Shown here: positions 46,518 to 59,900 of the stretch, piece by piece
Numbering within the stretch: position 1 is the first letter of the stretch
Layout: every line of letters starts with the position of its first letter
Assembly (NCBI GenBank): GCA_950097015.1
Contig: CATNEN010000029.1
Coordinates: forward strand, 5,828,001-5,892,000
DNA: 64,000 nt
From: Macrostomum hystrix
Taxonomy: Eukaryota > Animalia > Platyhelminthes
Direction: 5' to 3'
Program-made: the position numbers and the translations under genes
Notes under the pieces: model-generated
Database searches by the model: none
What the model saw: only the letters and a program-made list of their open reading frames with translations
What the model was told of the DNA's origin: nothing

Positions 46518-49500
46518 CTACTGCGGCTCGGCAGAGGCGGTCAGGCCCATGGGATGATAGGCTGTGGCTGTGGGATCAAGGCCTGCGGCCGTTGCGTAAT
46601 AGAGCGGAGCCGCGTCAGGCGTAGCGTAGAGCGACGTCTGCGGAGCGGCCGCTGCCAGAAGCTGCGGCGCATACATGCCCGACATGCCGGCGGCGGCGGC
46701 GGCGGCGGCCGCGTAGCTGGACGGATCGATTAGCCAGGAGCTGCGCTGGTGCTGCGGATGGGCGGGGACACAGGTGGTCGAAGCTTTGAGAACACTGCTG
46801 TCACAAACTCTAATTGAAAACACGACTCTAACACAGCTGTTCCCCACTGCTCACTTTGAGAGTACTGTACTCACACTGCTCACTTTGAGAGTACTGTACT
46901 CACACTGCTCACTTTGAGAGTACTGTACTCACACTGCTCACTTTGAGAGTACTGTACTCACACTGCTCACTTTGAGAGTACTGTTCTCACACTGCTCACT
47001 TTGAGAACACGACTCTCACACTGATCACTCTGAGAACACGACTCTCACACTGATCACTCTGAGAACACGACTCTCACACTGATCACTCTGAGAACACGAC
47101 TCTCACACTGATCACTCTGAGAACACGACTCTCACACTGCTCACTCTGAGAACACGACTCTCACACTGATCACTCTGAGAACACGACTCTCACACTGATC
47201 ACTCTGAGAACACGACTCTCACACTGATCACTCTGAGAACACGACTCTCACACTGATCACTCTGAGAACACGACACTCACACTGCTCACTCTGAGAACAC
47301 GACTCTCACACTGATCACTCTGAGAACACGACTCTCACACTGCTCACTCTGAGAACACGACTCTCACACTGATCAATCTGAGAACACGACTCTCACACTG
47401 CTCACTCTGAGAACACGACTCTCACACTGATCACTCTGAGAACAGCCCTCAATTATTTGTTAAACTGAGCAGCAGCGGCAAGCCTACCTGATAGATGTTG
47501 GCAGCTCCGGCACCAGAGGCGCCAGTCATTGCCGAAGCCGGATTGGCCTGGAACACGTAGCTGGTGTGAGCTTGGGCGCTGGGCGGTCCACCCGCGGGCG
47601 TCACCCGGCTAGTATAGCTAGTGAGAGCGCTGGAGTGCACAGCGGCCGGGCTGTACAGCTGGGCGGCTGCCCCGGATTGCAGCATCTGGGCGCTGTAGTT
47701 GCCGGGCAGGCCGGCGGCGGCGGCGGCAGCTGCGGCGCCGCGCGCTGCGGCAGCCAGGGCGGCCGGATTCTGCTGGAAGATGCTCAGAGGCAGCTGGCCA
47801 GCGGCGCCTGGCGGGCTGGGCCCGAGGCCGTGATGAGCAGCCAGGCCGGGCTGCTGCTGCTGTTGCGCCCGCTGCTTTTTGCGCTGATTGGTCTTGTCGG
47901 CCAGCTTGGCCTCTAGAGGCCGCGGACAGCCGTACTTCTGGCCTAGGGCGGCGCCACTCTTATTGATGTGCGCGATGGCCGTGACGGCATCCTGGTCCTT
48001 CTCGAAGCGGATGAAGCCGGCCCCGGTGGCGCTAGTCTGCTGCCGGGTGCTGGGGTCGGTGGCCCGCATGACACGGCAGCTGATGATGCGGCCGGTCAGG
48101 TTGCTGCCTAGCTCCTCAGTGAAAACCCGGCTCATCCATTCCTCGTTGCACTCGGCTCTGGTTGGCAGGTTCTTGATGTAGATGTTTGTGGGGTCCTTCT
48201 CGGATTCCTGGCGGGTGGCATGTGGCGAATGGGGCATTTTAATTTGATCAGTTTGCTTATTTAGATGGCTGACCAACTCTTGCTTCAGAGCAGCAACTCT
48301 GTTGGCTGTAACGCTAAAGCTGCTGTAACTATATCAGCTGATAGTTTGGCTAGTCTGGGAAGACAGACCAACTGGGGAGAATTAGGCTAGTCTGGGAGAA
48401 TTCGGAAAGTCTGGGAGAATTCGGCTAGTCTGGGAGAATTCAACTAGTCTGGGAGAATTCGGAAAGTCTGGGAGAATTCGGCTAGTCTGGGAGATTTCGG
48501 CTAGTCTGAGAGAATTCGGAAAGTCTGGGAGAATTCGGCTAGTCTGGGAGATTTCGGCTAGTCTGGGAGAATTCGGAAAGTCTGGGAGAATTCGGCTAGT
48601 CTGGGAGAATTCAACTAGTCTGGGAGAATTCGGAAAGTCTGGGAGAATTCAACTAGTCTGGGAGAATTCGGCTAGTCTGGGAGAATTCGGCTAGTCTGGG
48701 AGAATTCGGCCATTCTGGGAGAATTCGGAAAGTCTGGGAGAATTCGGCTAGTCTGGGAGATTTCGGCTAGTCTGGGAGAATTCGGAAAGTCTGGGAGAAT
48801 TCGGAAAGTCTGGGAGAATTCGGTTAGTCTGGGAGAATTCGGCTAGTCTGGGAGAATTCGGAAAGTCTGGGAGAATTCGGCTAGTCTGGGAGAATCTGGA
48901 AAACGACTCAATAAGGTTGAGAACTGCCGAAAAATTGAGATACGGTTTCGCCTTTTTTAGCGAATTTCTGGGGAATTACATTTGAGCTACAAGAGGATTT
49001 CGTAAATAAACTCTTTTTTACTAAGAAAAGCAAGTCCTTCATTTCCTGGAAAACAGTTTCGTAAAGATCTAGCTTCCTCTAAGCACACTAGTTTTGTTCA
49101 GAGCCAACATGCAATTCGCAGACGCTGTCACTACAACAAATTTTATATGTCCACGGGAGTACACATTCTATCAGTTTGATTTACAACAGTCAGATCAACG
49201 ATATTCGTCACCTATCTGTTTGAATATTAAAAACGCAAGGCAATACTACTTTTGCAGTAATATCGCACAAAAAACATTAAATGAATTGTGTGCCTGTGTA
49301 AAATAACCAAAACTTCCAGCGAGAATGAAAGGGAATTAAGAATATGTGAGCAAGGTTGAGACGGTTTCAGGAGTGCGTGGCAAAGCGTTGTCCATAAAAT
49401 GTCTGAATTAAAAAAAATCCAACAAAAAACCAAATGGGTTTTTTGGTGCGACCGCTGTGTGTGCGCCAAAGGAAGCCGTGTGTTTGTACGAGTATATACA

Positions 49501-52500
49501 AAATGAACTACTAAAGACATAACTAAAATAACTTCTGTTCTTTAAAAGGCGGGATTTGGTTTTATAAAAAAATTGCCACACTCTGCAACTGTGCTGAGCA
49601 GAAAAATTTTTTTTTGGCGAAATAAAATATTTACTTTTTTGAAATAATCTTTTTGTTTCAAAACAATCATTTCTAGCACTGATTTTGCAAGAACAGGAAT
49701 CGGCAACCAGGAGCCCGCAAAGCATCATGAATCCGGCCCCTCGACTATCCGTGTCCTATCCTTCGCGTGTCTCATCTCTTCCCTGTGTCATCTCTCCCAT
49801 GTCTCATCTCTACCCTGTGTCATCTCTCCCATGTCTCATCTCTTCCCTGTGTCATCTCTCTATGTCTCGTATCTTCCCAGTGTCATCTCTCTCATGTCTC
49901 ATCTCTTCCCTGTGTCATCTCTCCCATGTCTCATCTCTTCCCTGTGTCATCTCTCTATGTCTCGTATCTTCCTGTGTCATCTCTCTCATGTCTCATCTCT
50001 TCCCTGTGTCATCTCTCTATGTCTCATCTCTTCCCTGTGTCATCTCTCTCATGTCTCATCTCTTCCCTGTGTCATCTCTCTATGTCTCATCTCTTCCCTG
50101 TGTCATCTCTCCCATGTCTCATATCTTCCCTGTGTCATCTCTCCCATGTCTCATCTCTTCCCTGTGTCATCTCTCTATGTCTCATCTCTTCCCTGTGTCA
50201 TCTCTCTATGTCTCATCTCTTCCCTGTGTCGTCCCTCTCATGTCTCATATCTTCCCTGTGTCATCTTTCTCATGTCTCATATCTTCCCTGTGTCATCTCT
50301 CTCATGTCTCATATCTTCCCTGTGTCATCTCTCTCATGTCTCATCTCTTCCCTGTGTCATCTCTCTAAGTCTCATCTCTTCCCTGTGTCATCTCTCTCAT
50401 GTCTCATCTCTTCCCTGTGTCATCTCTCATGTCTCATCTCTTCCCTGTGTCATCTCTCTATGTCTCATCTCTTCCCTGTGTCGTCCCTCTCATGTCTCAT
50501 ATCTTCCCTGTGTCATCTTTCTCATGTCTCATATCTTCCCTGTGTCATCTCTCTCATGTCTCATATCTTCCCTGTGTCATCTCTCTCATGTCTCATCTCT
50601 TCCCTGTGTCATCTCTCCCATGTCTCATATCTTCCCTGTGTCATCTCTCATGTCTCATCTCTTCCCTGTGTCATCTCTCATGTCTCATCTCTTCCCTGTG
50701 TCGTCTCTCTCATGTCTCATCTCTTCCCTGTATCATCTCTCTCATGTCTCATCTCTTCCCTGTGTCATCTCTCTCATGTCTCATCTCTCTCATGTCTCAT
50801 CTCTTCCCTGTGTCGTCTCTCTCATGTCTCATCTCTTCCCTGTGTCATCTCTCTCATGTCTCATCTCTTCCCTGTGTCATCTCTCTCATGTCTCATCTCT
50901 TCCCTGTGTCATCTCTCCCATGTCTCATCTCTTCCCTGTTTCATCTCTTCCCTGTGTCATCTCTCTCATGTCTCATCTCTTCCCTGTGTCATCTCTCTTA
51001 TATCTCATCTCTTCCCTGTGTCATCTCTCATGTCTCATCTATCTCATGACATATATTTTCCCTTTGTCATCTATATTTTGTCTTGATTCTCCACTGATTT
51101 ATCTAAAGTGTGTCTTATCTTCCCTTTATCTTATTTATCCCTTGTCTCATTTCTCGCCTGTCTCATCTCTCGCCTGTCAACTCCGTCTGATTTTCGTGTT
51201 TACGATTTTCTTCGTTAATCGAGGTGGTACTCAAGGTTGCCGATCCATGTTGCTAGAACTCTGGCTTTAACCAATGTCCTAGTGGTCGTAAAATATAAGA
51301 CTAATCAGTTTCACTCAAATCATATCCGTGTGGTTGAGCTTCAGTTTTAATAGAATAATACACACTGGTGTTGTTCACCTGTAGTTCAGAGGTGCGCATA
51401 GAAAACCTTCCTTCCTGTTATTTAACAAGGTCACATGAGAGTATAATCATTTGCTAAGCTTGTTCTCTTTGTAAACAAACATGCCAAAATAACTATTTAA
51501 CGGAGAAAATAGAATAAAGAGACAACACTATTATGACAAGATAAGCTGTGTGTGGTCTCATTTGCTACCGATTGATCTACTTATTAACTAAACTGAATTC
51601 CTGTGAGAATCTTCAATGTGTAATAATAATAATAATAATAGTAATAATATGATTACCACAGTAATACGTGTTGACAACAGAAGGTATGATATAATTATTT
51701 TTCGGCATACAAATAGTTTATATAAAATGAATAATAAAGTAAAAGACTGTGCAAAAATCTATATATACCACTGCTGATGATGAAAATAAACTAAAATTAC
51801 TAGGAAACAAAACAGAAACATATAGCACAATGGGTATTGGCTATTGCGGACAGCCTAATATAGTATAAGCATAATAACTATATGACCTGTGATATGACAT
51901 GTGTGATGCGACGCATTGAACCAAAAGAGTTTCAAAGACAAAATAATGCGTATTTGGTGAATTGGGTCGACAGGGGCGGGCAGGCAGACGGGTGGATAAA
52001 TTGTGCCCGCATATTCAGGCAGGACAATCGTTTATTAGTTTTACCTCTTTGGCCTAGACGACACAGAAAAATTGAATAGAGAAATGAAACATTTATTTGT
52101 TTGTTTAGATTAAAAAACGCATAATGTTTTGTTGTTGCAAAAATACAGGAAAAGGTGTAAAGCCAGCAAAGCAAAGCTTTCTCCAAAGTTCCGCTTGCTT
52201 CCAAAAGCAATGTCTGCTAGTTGGCTAAATAAAATATTCATAGTTTTTATGAGAAGGACTACTTTATAGAGGAGAAAATCCGTTAAAAACGAATAAATGC
52301 TAAAATTTTATTCAATAGATGCTACGCTAAATTTAAAATCTTATCTATATAGTAAGGAGCCTATGTGATTAGAGCTACGGAAGCTCGGAACCTACGGAAA
52401 GGAAATAATTAACTAGTGTCTGCGGGCATTTGTATCTTTGTCCATGGACACAATAGCGTGCAATACCTGCGCTGTGCCAGCTGTACGTCTGGATTAAATT

Positions 52501-53818
52501 GGCTAGGTGTCGATTCTTTTACTATCTCCTTTATATTTTTATTTAAAACGATACCCTAGCAACAGTAACTATGGGACTATAAAGTACTGTAAATAAACAA
52601 CTGATAGCCATATGATTACTAATTTAATTTAGCATACGAAAAGCTTAGTTAAGATAGATTCCTCTGAGATTAGGGAGAAATTAAGATGAGGAAAAGAGGG
52701 TTTACGGAACTCACCCTAGCGTAGCTGATCTGCAGTTTGCCATTGCGCAATGAAGTCTTTGTCAGAGCCTCCAGAGCCAGCTGGGCCTGAGTCTCGTCGC
52801 GAAAGTCAACAAAGCCGTAGCCTGTGGATTGGTGATGGCTTCTTTTTATAGCGATTCGAACTTCGGACTTAGAGCGTAGGTGGATTTTTTAAATTTAATT
52901 GTATGCAGCAGCAGGCAATGAGTTGTTTGACATTGGGATTCATAGTGAATTGGGAGATTGAGGAACATTGTGGGTTAAGAAGCGTCTGAATGAAAAGCCA
53001 GTGATGGAGAGAGATAGAGAGAGGAGAGATGAGGGATAGCAGGCTGTCTCGCCCAGTTTGTGTGCAGATGGGGTGGATTGGAAAAGTTTAACCAGCAAAC
53101 ACGTGCCTAGAGAGCAGCTGAGGCTGAAGCAAACAGTGCAAACAGCCAGCCAGAACCTATGAGAAACAATAACAGCTAGGAACAAATGGAGTTTGAGTTT
53201 TTGAGTTTGCACACAAGCCTGTAAAGGGCGACTGACCAGATAGGAAATGATTTCACTCCGTGTGGGACTCATGACAACGGCTAACCCAATGACAATCAGA
53301 AAAGACAGGTAGATAATTTGAGAGCTGAGAAAACATGATATAGGGTGAGATTCAAAGACAGGTGAGATAATCAGACAGACAGGTGAGATAATCAGAAAGA
53401 CAGGTGAGATAATCAGGTAGATAGGTGAGATAATCAGACAGACAGGTGAGATAATCAGGTAGATAGGTGAGATAATCAGACAGAAAGGTGAGACAATCAG
53501 ACAGAAAGGTGAGATAATCAGAGACAGGTGAGGAAATCAGCAGACAGGTGAGGTAATCAGACAGACAGGTGAGGAAATCAGGCAGACAGGTGAGTATATC
53601 TCACCCTTGCACTGTCCAGTCTGCTCATCCAGCACAGCCTTGGTAGAGTTAATAGCATCGCTGGGAATGTTAGCATTCTCAGATACCAGCTGCCTGATGG
53701 TCTCATCAGTGTCAGACGGTTGCAGGCCGCGGATGTACAAATTAGTGTTGCTCTTTCGGTCGTTCTCGCCGTTGCCGGGGGATGTATTGCGCGACGAGCC
53801 ACTTGGTTGGATCATGTT
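46518..53818 (-). CDS. shep: RBMS/MSSP (alan shepard, sup-26) family two-RRM RNA-binding protein
   Basis: Exons 53818-53605, 52821-52715, 48207-47488 and 46751-46518, phase-compatible. RRM1 SNTNLYIRGL..TKAVLDEQTGQCKG|YGFVDF; RRM2 ESEKDPTNIYIKNLP..GAGFIRFE; PLEAKLAD; Ala/Gln/Pro/Tyr-rich tail. Confidence 0.92.
46848..47445. repeat. 29-bp minisatellite filling most of the last RBMS intron; two variant blocks
   Basis: ACTGCTCACTTTGAGAGTACTGTACTCAC copies, then ACTGATCACTCTGAGAACACGACTCTCAC copies. Confidence 0.95.
48350..48895. repeat. 19-bp minisatellite (GGAGAATTCGGCTAGTCTG)
   Basis: ~28 copies. Confidence 0.95.
49765..51045. repeat. Pyrimidine-rich ~30-34-bp minisatellite (TGTCTCATCTCTTCCCTGTGTCATCTCTCTCA)
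   Basis: Variable-length tandem copies. Source of the S/L/C/H-rich ORFs 49685..51270. Confidence 0.95.
53343..53594. repeat. ~21-bp minisatellite (GACAGGTGAGATAATCAGACA) abutting an RBMS 5' splice site
   Basis: 13 GGTGAG-containing units ending 5 nt from the donor hexamer at 53604-53599. Confidence 0.93.
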
Positions 53819-55024
53819 CTGGGTGGAATGATGATAAATGCATTGTGAGTTGTCATAATAAAGATTTTCAAAAATAGAGACAATTTGCACATAAACCACA
53901 GTAGTGCTTGATCATTGAGTGGAGCAGTTTTTGACAGGCCGAAATCGTCAATTGTTAAAGAGTGAGCGTGTGAACACACTTAAACAACACGCACAGAAAC
54001 CCGGGGCCTGGTTCGGCTCGTGTTCCCGGAGTGAGAGGGAGGGAGGGAGGGTTGAGTTAGCGAAAGCAGAGTAACAAAATACAATGTGAAGAAGAGCTGG
54101 AAAACACACACACACTAGAGCAACATTGGCGCAAGAGTAAAGGGAGCCCACACACACCAATACAGTCTCTCCGGCTACAAGAAACAAGCAAGAGTGATAG
54201 CACCCGAAGCAGAATAATCACAGAATCGCAGGCGACCACACACACACGCACGCACACTCAATAGCACACATACTACAATACAGAATGAGAAACAGTTTCT
54301 AGAACTGCCGCACACCCACACATTAAATATAGTCAAGCAAGCTAGTTACCTAGGGCTTGCTTGAGAAAAAGGAGAAAGTGACACGAACAGAAAATGTTCT
54401 CTCATTTTACGCTAAGAGAGAAGCGTTTTACACCAAGCCGTAGGAACTAATATTGGAAGGGTTGCTAGTCGGCGAATTATTACATTGCCACTCCCAACTG
54501 GCGCTGGCTTAAGACTCAGTTTGCGTTAGCGACCAGGGGACTGGACACTGAAAGCAGAGAACTGCAAGAGAAATACACAGAATGAGAAATTGCACACGCA
54601 CACACATTGCGAGCAGGCAGTCGCTGGCTGTAAGAAACATGCAGAGAAGACCACACGGTTGAGTTTCTCTCTTTCCCACTTTCATTCTTTTCTTCATCTA
54701 AACTGCGAGTATTAAGGCTTTTTGCCTTTTTCTCTTTCAAGCAATGGGGCATAATAATTTCTATTCTGTTAGCAAGCAATTTTCCGTTCGGCTTAGGAGT
54801 ACAGCGGCATAGGCGCGTGTTGACTTTCTGCTCCAGTAATGCAATTTCGTCCCCTAGAAACTAACTTTAATATTTGCTTCGAAAGCATTTTGCATTCTTG
54901 CAATTATTCTCAGGTTATGCTTTTCATCTGAAACAGGGGTCGGTAACCTTGTTTTAACTAGCGGGCGAAAGCGGGAACTCAAAAGACGACAGCGAGCCGC
55001 ATCGACGGTAGAAATCTCATCGAG

Positions 55025-55370
55025 GAGAGATATTAGAGAGTAGAGATGGGAAAGGGGAGAAATAAGACGGGAGAGATGAGACTGTAGAGAGATAAGACTG
55101 TGTAGAGATGAGACAGGGAAATAGATGAGACAGGGGAGAGGTGAGACAGGGGTATAGATAAGACAGGGGGATAGATGAGACAGGGGAGAGATGAGACAGG
55201 GGAGAGATGAGACAGGGGAGAGATGAGATAGGGGAGAGATGAGAGAGGGGAGAGATGAGACAGGGGAGAGATGAGACAGGGGGATAGATGAGACAGGGGA
55301 GAGATGAGACAGGGTAGGGATGCGACTGTAGAGAGATAAAACTGTGTAGAGACGAGATAGGATAGAGTAG
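55025..55370. repeat. Purine-rich ~16-bp repeat (GAGATGAGACAGGGGA)
   Basis: Degenerate tandem copies. Confidence 0.88.
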
Positions 55371-55941
55371 GTGTTGGAAGGGACCAGTGGCCGGATATGA
55401 CCCCTGATTAAACCCAGCCATAGAGCCAGCTTAGAAAAAGTAAAGCCAAATATGCCCGAAAAAAAAACAACAAAACAAACACACAAAGTTGCGCATGAGA
55501 TTTTTCAAGAACTTTTTCTAGAAACATTTACATTTTAGATAAAAAGAGTTTATACAGCTATATTGAATCAGTCAGATTGTGCAAACACACTGAGACAGAT
55601 ATGAGCTCATTATGGGGAAGTGGTCAGTGCCATATGCTATAGGCCTGACAGCTATTTGTGTTAAGACTGGCGCCAAGCCAAACCGTGAAAAACTCAAATG
55701 AATAGAGAAAGAAATGGATTCTGATAAAGCTATTTTTATTTTTTAGGCGGGTGTCACACCCAGACGGGGCAGTTAGGCTGGCGCAACAAAGCTTGACTAA
55801 TTTTGCTAAAGCTTTTCTTTAAGATTTTTTAGTGACTGACAGGTCAAGTTGACGAATAAGCGAGGAGACACCGAGATAACTAAAATATAACGAGCCGATA
55901 TGGTGCGAAAACAATTAGCGATGCCAGTTGCTATGAGACCT

Positions 55942-56130
55942 TAAGGCTAAATGGTTAGAGCTTCGGATTTTTGGCCGAGAGGTCGGGAGTTCGAATCTCA
56001 GCCTAATAGAAACGATTTGTGACCTGAAGCTGTCTTTGGTAGCCGCATCAGCTGCGGTAGAAATTTAGGCCCCGAGTGGCGGCCTCCCCAGTCCATGGAC
56101 TGAACAGCTGTACACACGGCCTAACTGAGC
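55942..56130 (+). mobile_element. tRNA-derived SINE family A
   Basis: AAGGCTAAATGGTTAGAGC..GAGAGGTCGGGAGTTCGAATCTC head plus the CCCAGTCCATGGACTGAACAG core. Confidence 0.75.
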
Positions 56131-56909
56131 CAGGTGTAATATCTGTACCTAATTATTTAACCTGCTGATAAAAATGTAAATAACTAAGCTTTTGCTAACT
56201 TACTTGCAGCAGAAATTGCAGACTGCCGCCATCCTTCATTGAGTCGTGATTCCAGTCAACCCAAGAGCCCAAAGATAGTGAGTCCAGCGGATAGAACAAA
56301 GTCATGGCTTAGCGGGGCCCAACGGAGAAATGGGATAATAGATAATCGCTCAAGGATTAGTTCAACGTATTTGTCGAAAAAGCAATAGTTGGAAGGGCCA
56401 ATTGTATCGGAATTTGTAGACTAGACCCTGTGAACTGGCTAGTCCAAGCCATTTTATATAAATTACCAAGGAACACAATGCGCGTAGCGAATCGCATGGC
56501 GACCCAACCCGCCCCATGCCCCAATAGGCGCGGGCGCACACAGCCGAATTATTGCCCCGTGGAGAATGAAGTAGATTTTGCATTGGGCGTTGATTGGGTA
56601 ACCCTCACCTCAACCCCCTGTCGGCGTCTCAGTCTTTTAAGACCACACTTTCTAGGCAAATATTTGCTTGAGTTCCAAAACTATTCTGGTCTCATGGGTG
56701 GCCCAATTGATCTGGTTGGCTAGTTAGAAGAGTTAAAATTCGCTTATATTATAGCACAGTGTCGCAGGACCCAAGCCGGGTTACACACAGCTGTATATGA
56801 CGGACAGACTGGCACAGAGTGTGCTTATTGCAGCAGATAGGCGCACAATGCCACACGCACGCACGCACGCGCAAACGCACATGTAGGACGGCAAATGCAT
56901 ACACAGAAC

Positions 56910-56943
<34 letters not shown>

Positions 56944-59900
56944 AACAGAACAGGCTATGGGATAGCAGCCAGCAAGATGGAAATAAAATAGAGAGAAAGC
57001 CTTGGGTCGCATTTCAATTGCCATAAATTAGCATCTAGTTCTTGATGTCGTTAACTCTAGAAAATTTATATTATATATGCATTGCACACTAGGAGGCCGA
57101 GTGTGAGAGAGAGAACAGACTAGGCCAAGAAATAGTCAATAGAGAAATACAGCAAAGCCAAGCGGAAACATGCGGCAATAAGGAATCATAATTATAACAT
57201 TGTACAACTCCATACTGCTGCGGTATGGAGGCAGTGAAAAACTAAATTAAACTTCAGATTTATCAAACTAAAAACTGGCTTTTAAGCGCTGTCCAACTAC
57301 TTGCGAGTAGGTAGTGAGGAGATTTGAGCTTTCATTTAACAGTATCGCTAGTTGCTAATGTCAACAAAATTCGTTGCTTAGGCGCTAGAAAAGGCTTATT
57401 AGCTCGTAATTGGTAATAACATCTGCGCTTAGGCTGTAATACTTTCTCGCTGATTCGGATCGCCACAATGCGCCTTAGTTGGGGCAAACTCATTGCCGCA
57501 CTTCAAATGCGGAGCAATCAATCTTTGCTTTTGCCATTGAAGTGGGTTGAGCCTCTCCATTGAGGCCTGCAACTACGCTCTGACTGGGGGGGAGCGGAGG
57601 AGGAGAATGCCACGGTCGGAGGGAAATCAAATACTCAAGGAAGGAAAAGTGGGGAGGTGGAAGGGGCCCAGAAAAAGGAAACTATGCAGGATGACTATGG
57701 CTAGCATGGGCTGGGTAGAGGGGACATTGCCGGGCCATGTTAGAGCGATAACAGCACAGTTGGCTGGCTGAAGTGGGAGAATGGGAGAGCAGTGCTTTAC
57801 AACGGCACACACGATTGTGTGCGCACGAGTGTGTGTAGGCAAGAAGGAAAAGTGGACAGGGCTTGGCCGGTCGCATATGCAGCTGGATTGTCCCCAAATC
57901 CAACCGCTGCCAAGCCAGCTCAAGCTCAGGCAGCGGCAACTGCTCATTCTCTTCTCATTCTCCGCTTCCTCCTCACCCTAATTCTCATATTTCTCAGGCG
58001 GGTCGTTGCCCCCCTTACCGCCCCCGGTTTGCTCCGTGGCGCTTTGGGAAGGAAAAGGCAGCATTGAGCAAACGAGAGGGAGAAAGGAGAGCTGGCGACA
58101 TACTTCCTCAAGGCTGCTATCGCACAATCGCCCAGACGCCGTCGATCTATTGGGCCTTTTATATGTGAATGCCCTAAAAAGAGAGATGAAAGATGAGAAA
58201 GAAAATAAAGGAAATAAGGAGAGTGGGCAGACCTGGGGATATTTAAGAGAGGTAGAAAGTGGGGACTGCCGACAACTATAATTTTTGCGGGCTTGTTTGC
58301 ACTCTCAAACACGCGCACAATAGGCCTAAAAGCAGACAGTCGGATGACGGATGGTTAAAATATGCCGACTTGTTATCCTCCAAAAACCAAGATTAATATA
58401 ACACAACTAAAATGTAAAAAAAATTATTAGGACCAAGCGCGCGCACACGGAAGGTGGCGCTGTAGTAAAATTTTAGTAAAAAAACGCCAGGGAAGGATTC
58501 GAGATAGGATAAGTGCAGCCTGTGCAGTCGAGGCCTGTAAACAGCGTATTTCTCTGGTGCCGCATAAGCCACTATAGCACCGGTGCCGCATCTGCCAAGG
58601 CGGCGGTGGCCGACTCCGGCGAATCAATAAACCCTAGGGGAACCGGGGACAAGCTGTGGGAAGGGAAATAGTTCCGCTGTTTTCCCCAGTGCGCCCAGAG
58701 ACAGACACATGAGGACCGAATCGGGCAAGCAGATAGGTCTCGATGAAGGCTCGTTTTTACGTTTTTTTCGGAAGCCTGCAGTGGAGCAGGAAATTAGTTG
58801 AGGTAGGAGGGATGGAAGGGGTTAGGAAGTTAAAAAGTGGGATTAGCTTTTTGGTAGGCAGGGGGTTGTTTGGATGGCGGGTGTCCGGGATGGGCTGCGG
58901 TCCTAGGTGGCAGGCGATTGCAATCGGCTTGATCTAACTAGCAGAGTAGAACTTGGCTGCGGGACACGATTGCGCAGCTTCGTATATTTATCCTATCCAA
59001 CAAGCCACCCAGATGGAAGAGGGGGAACCAGAGAGTCCCAGGCCAGAAGCAATTATTGTCTGTCATACATTACTAACATATACATAAAAAGCATCGGATA
59101 TGGAAACAGGACGGCTGTGGGACCAGAGCGGCAGTGTCGGGAAGCCGGAATTGGGGCAAGGGGGAGGGGAGAATTATCGATCACCGGTTGACACGATACG
59201 CTATAGGGATGGGAGTTAAGAGAGGGTAGACAGACTAGATTTCGTTTTGTTCAACTAGAACTGCGCTGGGTGGTGGGGAGTATAATTATAATAATCAGGC
59301 CCAACCGATACATGCAGGGGGGATTTGGGAATTGAGAGCAGTCCGGAGGGCTGGAGTTTCCCAAACAAAAACGAGGCGGAAGCCCGAGCGAGAGCCGGTT
59401 AGGCGTCGGGACCAAGTTTCGCGGAGTAGACTGGGCTGGATCACAGCTCAGAGATGGGAGCGCGATTTCCACCCAGATGGGCAATTTTCAATTCTAAGCC
59501 ATCGGCCACTGCGGGATGGGGCGGGATACACGGCCAGGCATTGGGAGGATTGGGATAGGCACAGAAGGAGATTGTGTTACAATTTTTCTTGCCGTAATTG
59601 CCACCCGTGCTAGGTCTCCAGCAAGTTTCTCTTACTTCACGTCTCTTCTTTTTTCTTCTTCTACTCCTAGTGTTTTATTTAATCTCTGAGCGCTGAGCTG
59701 CCAGCTAGGAGCGGAGGGAAGCAGGCAAGCTGCAAACCTGGATTACGCGAAGGCAGAAAGATGTGTGCTTATAGCACGAAAGAAGCAAGCAAAGGACCTA
59801 AGAAGTATGAAAGTTTAGCCGGGTCAAAGTTGGCGAGATTAGCCCATGCTCGACCAGCCAAGCGATCACGGTTACAGCTTTTTTCATTATCCAAACTCAT

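Noticed and set aside
49685-51270. Cys/His/Leu/Ser-rich 440-480-aa ORFs
   Set aside because: All three frames are open because the CT-rich unit lacks stop codons; lies in an RBMS intron.
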